Assembly (NCBI GenBank): GCA_965116925.1
Contig: OZ220744.1
Span: 4,128,001 to 4,192,000 of the forward strand
DNA from: Candidatus Poribacteria bacterium
GTDB taxonomy: Bacteria; Poribacteria; WGA-4E; PCPOR2b
DNA length: 64,000 nt
Direction of reading: 5' to 3'
The translations under genes and the position numbers were made by a program. The notes under the pieces were generated by a model. The model was not told the DNA's origin. It saw only the letters and a program-made list of their open reading frames with translations, and did not search any database. Positions 59,472 through 64,000 of this stretch are shown here, one piece after another (position 1 is the stretch's first letter; the number at the start of each line of letters is the position of its first letter).

Positions 59472-60374
59472 TCACGCCGCAGAGGCCTGCATGAGATCCG
59501 TATGGGCAAGGTGCCAATCCTCTATATGATTCAGAAGCACCGCAGAGTTGAGTGTGCCGTCATCTTCACGACCAACGGTTGCGTGAATCTCTATCCGTTT
59601 CTCATCCCTATGGATGCGGTTGCGGATAAAGGTGTTCCATTCATCAGCTTTTTCCCGGTCAATTTCACCGCCATTCTGTTCTAACACCCACGCCTCAAAC
59701 TGAGTGTAGCTAGGCAGGTTTTCACGGATATAGGCGACGGCATCGGCGGGTTCGATTCCAAGTACGCGTAAGACTCGCGGGTCCAATCCGTTTTCGGTCA
59801 TGTCCGGATAGTCCGGGTGAAGCTTGCCTTTCGCTTTCAGTAGGATTTTAACCCAAGTTCGGGGCAGTTGACAGACCTCCAAAGCACCGTAGTCGATGTT
59901 CGCGATCAGTGGTACAACGCGCCCGGTGAGCCCTGCGAAATCGTTATCCAAGTTACGCTCATAGAAAAGCTGCCAATCCTGTAAATTGTTCAGAACCACA
60001 GCGGACGTGATGCCGGCATCATCAGGAAGCCCGATGTCATGATACGTCTCTTCGATTTTCGCTGGACGGTGCTCACGAGATCGGAGTTGTGCGTTCCAAT
60101 CTGCCACCGCTTGTTGGTCAATCTTCCCACCCTTTTGCTGGAGAATCCAAGCCTCAAATTCGAGATAGTTCGGCATATTATCTCGCAGGTAGGCGAGCGT
60201 TGTTTCTTTGTCTAAATCTAAAAGTTCGAGGATCGATGTGTCAAGCCCACCGCTACAGTCGGGATATTCTGCGTCAAGCAGCCCTACCTTTCTGAGGGTG
60301 ACTTTCCACCAGAACCGTGGAAGTTGACAGGCACCTAAGAGACCATAGCCAATGTTGCTAATCAGGGGAACCAT
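59472..60374 (-). CDS. Tandem two-domain protein, DUF5069-like
   Basis: Two internal repeats: VPLI...G.L..CQLPR.W.K...YPD....LD. Confidence 0.7.
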   Translation of the reverse strand: MVPLISNIGYGLLGACQLPRFWWKVTLRKVGLLDAEYPDCSGGLDTSILELLDLDKETTLAYLRDNMPNYLEFEAWILQQKGGKIDQQAVADWNAQLRSREHRPAKIEETYHDIGLPDDAGITSAVVLNNLQDWQLFYERNLDNDFAGLTGRVVPLIANIDYGALEVCQLPRTWVKILLKAKGKLHPDYPDMTENGLDPRVLRVLGIEPADAVAYIRENLPSYTQFEAWVLEQNGGEIDREKADEWNTFIRNRIHRDEKRIEIHATVGREDDGTLNSAVLLNHIEDWHLAHTDLMQASAA

Positions 60375-60505
60375 ATTATGCTCCTTGTTTTAGTTTGACA
60401 TCGGTAAATTTGTTCTCAACTCTTTTTGATTCCAAAGGTTGTTTTGTTCATTGTATCATGATCACTCTGACTGCATCAACCCCCAGATTGAGTTTCTATT
60501 TAACC

Positions 60506-60534
60506 TTGACAATGTAATACGTTTGGCATATCCT
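60506..60534 (+). promoter_or_regulatory. Candidate sigma70 promoter
   Basis: TTGACA-N17-TATCCT. Confidence 0.5.
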
Positions 60535-60590
60535 ATATCAATCGGATTTTTGAATAAATTTTACAGTGTCCAATTCTGAGGAGAACAGAG

Positions 60591-61115
60591 ATGGCAGAAA
60601 AAACTTCAGCGAGCACCGAGCAGCATCGGGAGATGGCTGCGGAACACGGTCCTGTGCTCGTAGCAATCGTCACCGTCAGTGATACACGCACACCGGAAAC
60701 AGATAAGAACGCAGCGTACCTCCGCGAACAACTAGCGACAGGCGGAAATGAGGTCGTGGGATATCGCATCATCAAGGATGAACCGGAGCAGGTCAAGGCG
60801 GTCCTGGACGAATTCGCAGCAGGTGATGCACGGATGATCCTTTTCAACGGCGGCACCGGTATTGCCCCACGCGATACAACCTTTGATGTGTTGAATCAAG
60901 CCCTAGAGAAAACCTTACCCGGTTTTGGCGAACTTTTCCGGATGTTCAGCTATGACCAAGTCGGAGCGGCAGCGATGCTATCGCGTGCTACCGCCGGCGT
61001 GTACCGAGGAAAAGTGGTTATTTCGACACCTGGCTCAACGGCTGCAGTACAGTTAGCGTGGGAAAAACTGATCGGACCGGAGTTACAGCATCTGGCATGG
61101 GAGGTCGGACGATAG
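60591..61115 (+). CDS. moaB: Molybdenum cofactor biosynthesis protein, MoaB/MogA family
   Basis: TVSD, GGTG..RD.T, PGFGE, SRA.AG and PGS motifs. Confidence 0.9.
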   Translation: MAEKTSASTEQHREMAAEHGPVLVAIVTVSDTRTPETDKNAAYLREQLATGGNEVVGYRIIKDEPEQVKAVLDEFAAGDARMILFNGGTGIAPRDTTFDVLNQALEKTLPGFGELFRMFSYDQVGAAAMLSRATAGVYRGKVVISTPGSTAAVQLAWEKLIGPELQHLAWEVGR

Positions 61116-61133
61116 GAAAACAGAGCCACTTGG

Positions 61134-61397
61134 TCAATTAGGCTCCTTTTCCTTTGCTAACTGATGGCAGATATGACAGCTGCCAACATTGAGATGCGGC
61201 ATGGTTGGTGATTGCTCGGTCCCACGAAGATGACACTTCAGACAAGCGGCTGGATCTGTGTAAGTTTGGTGATCTGGAATGTCGGAGCGGGCAGGAGCCG
61301 CGTTAAAAAACAGGATAATCATTACAACTGTAAAAATAGCTCCGATGACGCTGACAATAATCAACAGCGTTCGGGCACTGGCTTCTTCCGTTGGCAC
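61134..61397 (-). CDS. Small membrane-anchored diheme cytochrome c
   Basis: TM helix followed by CLKCH and CHICH. Confidence 0.75.
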   Translation of the reverse strand: MPTEEASARTLLIIVSVIGAIFTVVMIILFFNAAPARSDIPDHQTYTDPAACLKCHLRGTEQSPTMPHLNVGSCHICHQLAKEKEPN

Positions 61398-61445
61398 GTT
61401 TTAGTCCTTCTTAGTTTACTGAAATTAAAATAGGAAAATCGAAAA

Positions 61446-61922
61446 TTGAAATGGAAAATTGAAGTTAGTTATAAACCCGAAACACCGGACGCTATCGGAC
61501 AAGGTATTCTTCAGGATATCGCGGATCTCGGACTTACCGGTGTAGAATCGGTGCACACCGTCCAAATCTACTGGATCGAAGGAGACATTAATTCTCACGC
61601 AATCGAGCGCGTCGGCGCGGAACTGCTTGCTGATCCGGTGACGCAGAATTATGTCTACAGCCGTTCCGACAATCATACCCCAAGACAAGGCGATAGTTCC
61701 GTGTGGACCATCGAGGTACGATTGAAACCGGGGGTAACGGATGCTGTGGGTGATAGTGTTCTCAAGGGGCTGCGCGATATGGGAATCCCAGATGTCCAAA
61801 CCGCACAGACAGGACAGAAATACCGGATACACGGAGACTTAGATCAACCCAAACTTGAAATGATTGCACAGCAGCTGCTTGCAAACGACGTTATACAAAT
61901 ATTTGAGATCTGGCGCGGTTAA
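61446..61922 (+). CDS. purS: Tandem PurS-like protein
   Basis: Two PurS-like repeats (KP.T.D..G / KPGVTD..G; LLADPV / LLANDVIQ); TTG start. Confidence 0.75.
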   Translation: MKWKIEVSYKPETPDAIGQGILQDIADLGLTGVESVHTVQIYWIEGDINSHAIERVGAELLADPVTQNYVYSRSDNHTPRQGDSSVWTIEVRLKPGVTDAVGDSVLKGLRDMGIPDVQTAQTGQKYRIHGDLDQPKLEMIAQQLLANDVIQIFEIWRG

Positions 61923-61976
61923 TGTGCTGCTAACCCGTAGGTGCTTACTTTTTAGGCCATCGGCGTGATACTAACA

Positions 61977-63335
61977 TCATTTTTTACCCACTAGTCTTTT
62001 GGTCTTCCATGTCCCCCGTCTAAACCACAACCACATCAACATACCTTGTACAACATTTGATAGGGCGATGCCAATCCAGACTCCCGTAATTCCCACTAAA
62101 TAGGAAAGCGAGATCACTAGCAACAGTCCAATACCGAGTTGACAGATGAATGTCATCACCATGGGGGAAACGGTATCGCCCGCCCCGTTGAGGGCACGAC
62201 CAAATACGATAGAAATCGCGATAAATGCAAAAGTGGCTGATAGGTATCGGAGGTAAACACTCCCGACAGTGATAACTTCCGTTTGTCCAGTAAACACCCT
62301 AATACAAAAATGGGGGAAAAGAAACAGTAAGCTTCCAAGCACAGCCATAAGTACCGTTGCCAATCCACCGGCAAGATTGGCAGATTTTTCTGCCCTGTCA
62401 ATCTGACCTGCTCCGATATTCTGCCCCACCATGGGTGCGACAGCGTTTGCGAATCCGAAACCCAAGTGCATCACGAGGATGCGAAGGCGCATACAGATAG
62501 CGTAGGCAGCCACAGCGTTCGTTCCATAAATCGCCACAACTCGAATAAACCCCAACCGGGAGGCGTGTCTCAAAAATCCTTGCATTGAGCTAAAAATTCC
62601 GAGGCGCAGGATTTGACCCATTACTAACAGGTCAACGCGGCGCTTAACGTGCTTCAATGAGATGACGCTGCGCCCGATGAAACAGAGGTAAAGGAAAATC
62701 ACAACGCCGGCACTTCTGCCAATCACGCTTGCATAAGCGGATCCTGCAACACCCAGACGCGGAAATTTCCAAATCCCAAATATCAGCAAGGGATCAAGAA
62801 CAATGTTTAAGACCGTTGAAACAATCATGACGACCATCGGTGTCAGTGAATCTCCACCCGCCCTGAAAACGGAACCCAATGTCATTGATACGAACATCAT
62901 GACACCACCGAGCAGTGTGATACGCAAGTAAGGAACGCCCAGTCGTACCACCTCTTCCTCTGCTCCGAGTAACCTCAATCCAATTTCAGCGAGCGGAACG
63001 CCTATACACGCAATTGCAAGGGGGCATACAATGCTCAAAATGAGTGCCTGCATCGCGATGTTCTCCCCTTGCTCTCTCTGCTGTGCACCGATTGACTGAG
63101 AAACCAGAACGACCGTTCCCATGGAGATGCCAAGTGAAAGCACGCTAATCAGTCGCTGAAGATTCGAGCTCATATCAACAGCGGAAATCGCTTCGGCTCC
63201 CAATTTTCCGACGAAGATCATATCGACGACACTGAAAGAGTCCTGCAAAATATTGCTGAGAGCAATGGGCCAAGCGAGATGTATAAGGTTCTTGAAAATA
63301 CTCCCTTGGGTCAGGTCATGCCTCGATTTCTTCAT
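61977..63335 (-). CDS. MATE family efflux transporter
   Basis: DLTQG.I, D.IFVG.LG, NIVLDPLLI, LGV.G.A.A and VGQN.GAG motifs. Confidence 0.93.
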   Translation of the reverse strand: MKKSRHDLTQGSIFKNLIHLAWPIALSNILQDSFSVVDMIFVGKLGAEAISAVDMSSNLQRLISVLSLGISMGTVVLVSQSIGAQQREQGENIAMQALILSIVCPLAIACIGVPLAEIGLRLLGAEEEVVRLGVPYLRITLLGGVMMFVSMTLGSVFRAGGDSLTPMVVMIVSTVLNIVLDPLLIFGIWKFPRLGVAGSAYASVIGRSAGVVIFLYLCFIGRSVISLKHVKRRVDLLVMGQILRLGIFSSMQGFLRHASRLGFIRVVAIYGTNAVAAYAICMRLRILVMHLGFGFANAVAPMVGQNIGAGQIDRAEKSANLAGGLATVLMAVLGSLLFLFPHFCIRVFTGQTEVITVGSVYLRYLSATFAFIAISIVFGRALNGAGDTVSPMVMTFICQLGIGLLLVISLSYLVGITGVWIGIALSNVVQGMLMWLWFRRGTWKTKRLVGKK

Positions 63336-63623
63336 AGATAGCTTTCTCTCCAGTGTGTTGATGCGCTTTCGACGACTCAAATCGCCCTTTGTTTAGCGAC
63401 TTGAGTCGAATACACGAAAATCTCCTTCTCGCATTTTCTTTGATCGCGCACGGATAACTTGGATTAGCACCTGCAAACCAAAACCGATAGATCTGCCAAT
63501 TCGTCAGAAATTTTACCAGTTATTTTATTGTGTCACATCTTCACAAATTTCGGCAAGAATTATCTGTTTGAATTTCGGTTGTTAATTTTTAGAAAAAACT
63601 ATCGAAATTCTGTTAAAAAACTG

Positions 63624-63652
63624 TTGACAGATCATAAATAATCGTTTATCAT
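63624..63652 (+). promoter_or_regulatory. Sigma70 promoter for nrdR
   Basis: TTGACA-N17-TATCAT. Confidence 0.6.
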
Positions 63653-63662
63653 ATTAGCCCTA

Positions 63663-63709
63663 ATCGCACATATTGTATGACAAAAGAAATTATACACAAT
63701 ATATTGGTG
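63663..63709 (+). promoter_or_regulatory. Tandem NrdR boxes
   Basis: ACACAATATATTGGTG (63694-63709) and a weaker ATCGCACATATTGTAT 31 bp upstream. Confidence 0.65.
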
Positions 63710-63713
63710 TTCT

Positions 63714-64000
63714 ATGAAATGCCCATACTGCAATGGTTCAAGCATAAGAGTCATCGACAAGCGGGATACTGACGGAGGGACTGCCATCCGTAGACGCCGA
63801 GCGTGTCTCCATTGCTCAAAACGGTTTACAACGTATGAGCGGGCTGAAGTGTTGGATCTTTTCATTATCAAGAAGGACCAGCGCCGCGAAGCTTTTGACC
63901 GGCAAAAGCTAAAGCGCAATATCATGAAGGCGTGTGAAAAACGCTCGATTAGTCAAGAAACCATCGATCGCCTGATTGGGGATGTCGAACAACAAATTAT
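63714..64000 (+). CDS. nrdR: Transcriptional repressor NrdR (3' truncated by window edge; absent from ORF track)
   Basis: MKCPYC...IRRRRAC..C..RFTTYER followed by ATP-cone IIKKD..RE.FDR.KL. Confidence 0.95.
   Translation, partial: MKCPYCNGSSIRVIDKRDTDGGTAIRRRRACLHCSKRFTTYERAEVLDLFIIKKDQRREAFDRQKLKRNIMKACEKRSISQETIDRLIGDVEQQI

Overview
Gene-dense 64-kb bacterial region of roughly 50% GC. It is most consistent with Candidatus Poribacteria (inference from C-terminal 'AVxxxGKxxTxWGxxK' tails, a dockerin-like tail, and PhyH, BNR and Gfo/Idh/MocA genes). It carries sugar and small-molecule catabolic genes, a CHAD/ROK cluster, a decayed defence/TA patch with an IS982-family element, and many GTAG-hairpin miniature elements. 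The main finding is two paralogous genes (20059-21669 +, 41023-42642 -) encoding membrane-anchored DUF4159-like proteins. Each has an in-frame TGA at the same codon where a third paralog has Cys (TGT), followed by a conserved hairpin with the GCAGGUCUG apex of the E. coli fdhF SECIS. They are therefore probable selenoproteins that the ORF track splits in two. Each is paired with a TolB-like lipoprotein in an inverted duplication, and a Cys-containing chimeric copy is fused to an ECF sigma factor. Other oddities are an EF-Tu paralog with degenerate GTPase motifs, an HtrA lacking all three catalytic residues with an IS200/IS605-type remnant between its SD and ATG, and nested miniature elements with flipped loops. 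All family assignments come from recognising motifs by eye; no searches were run.
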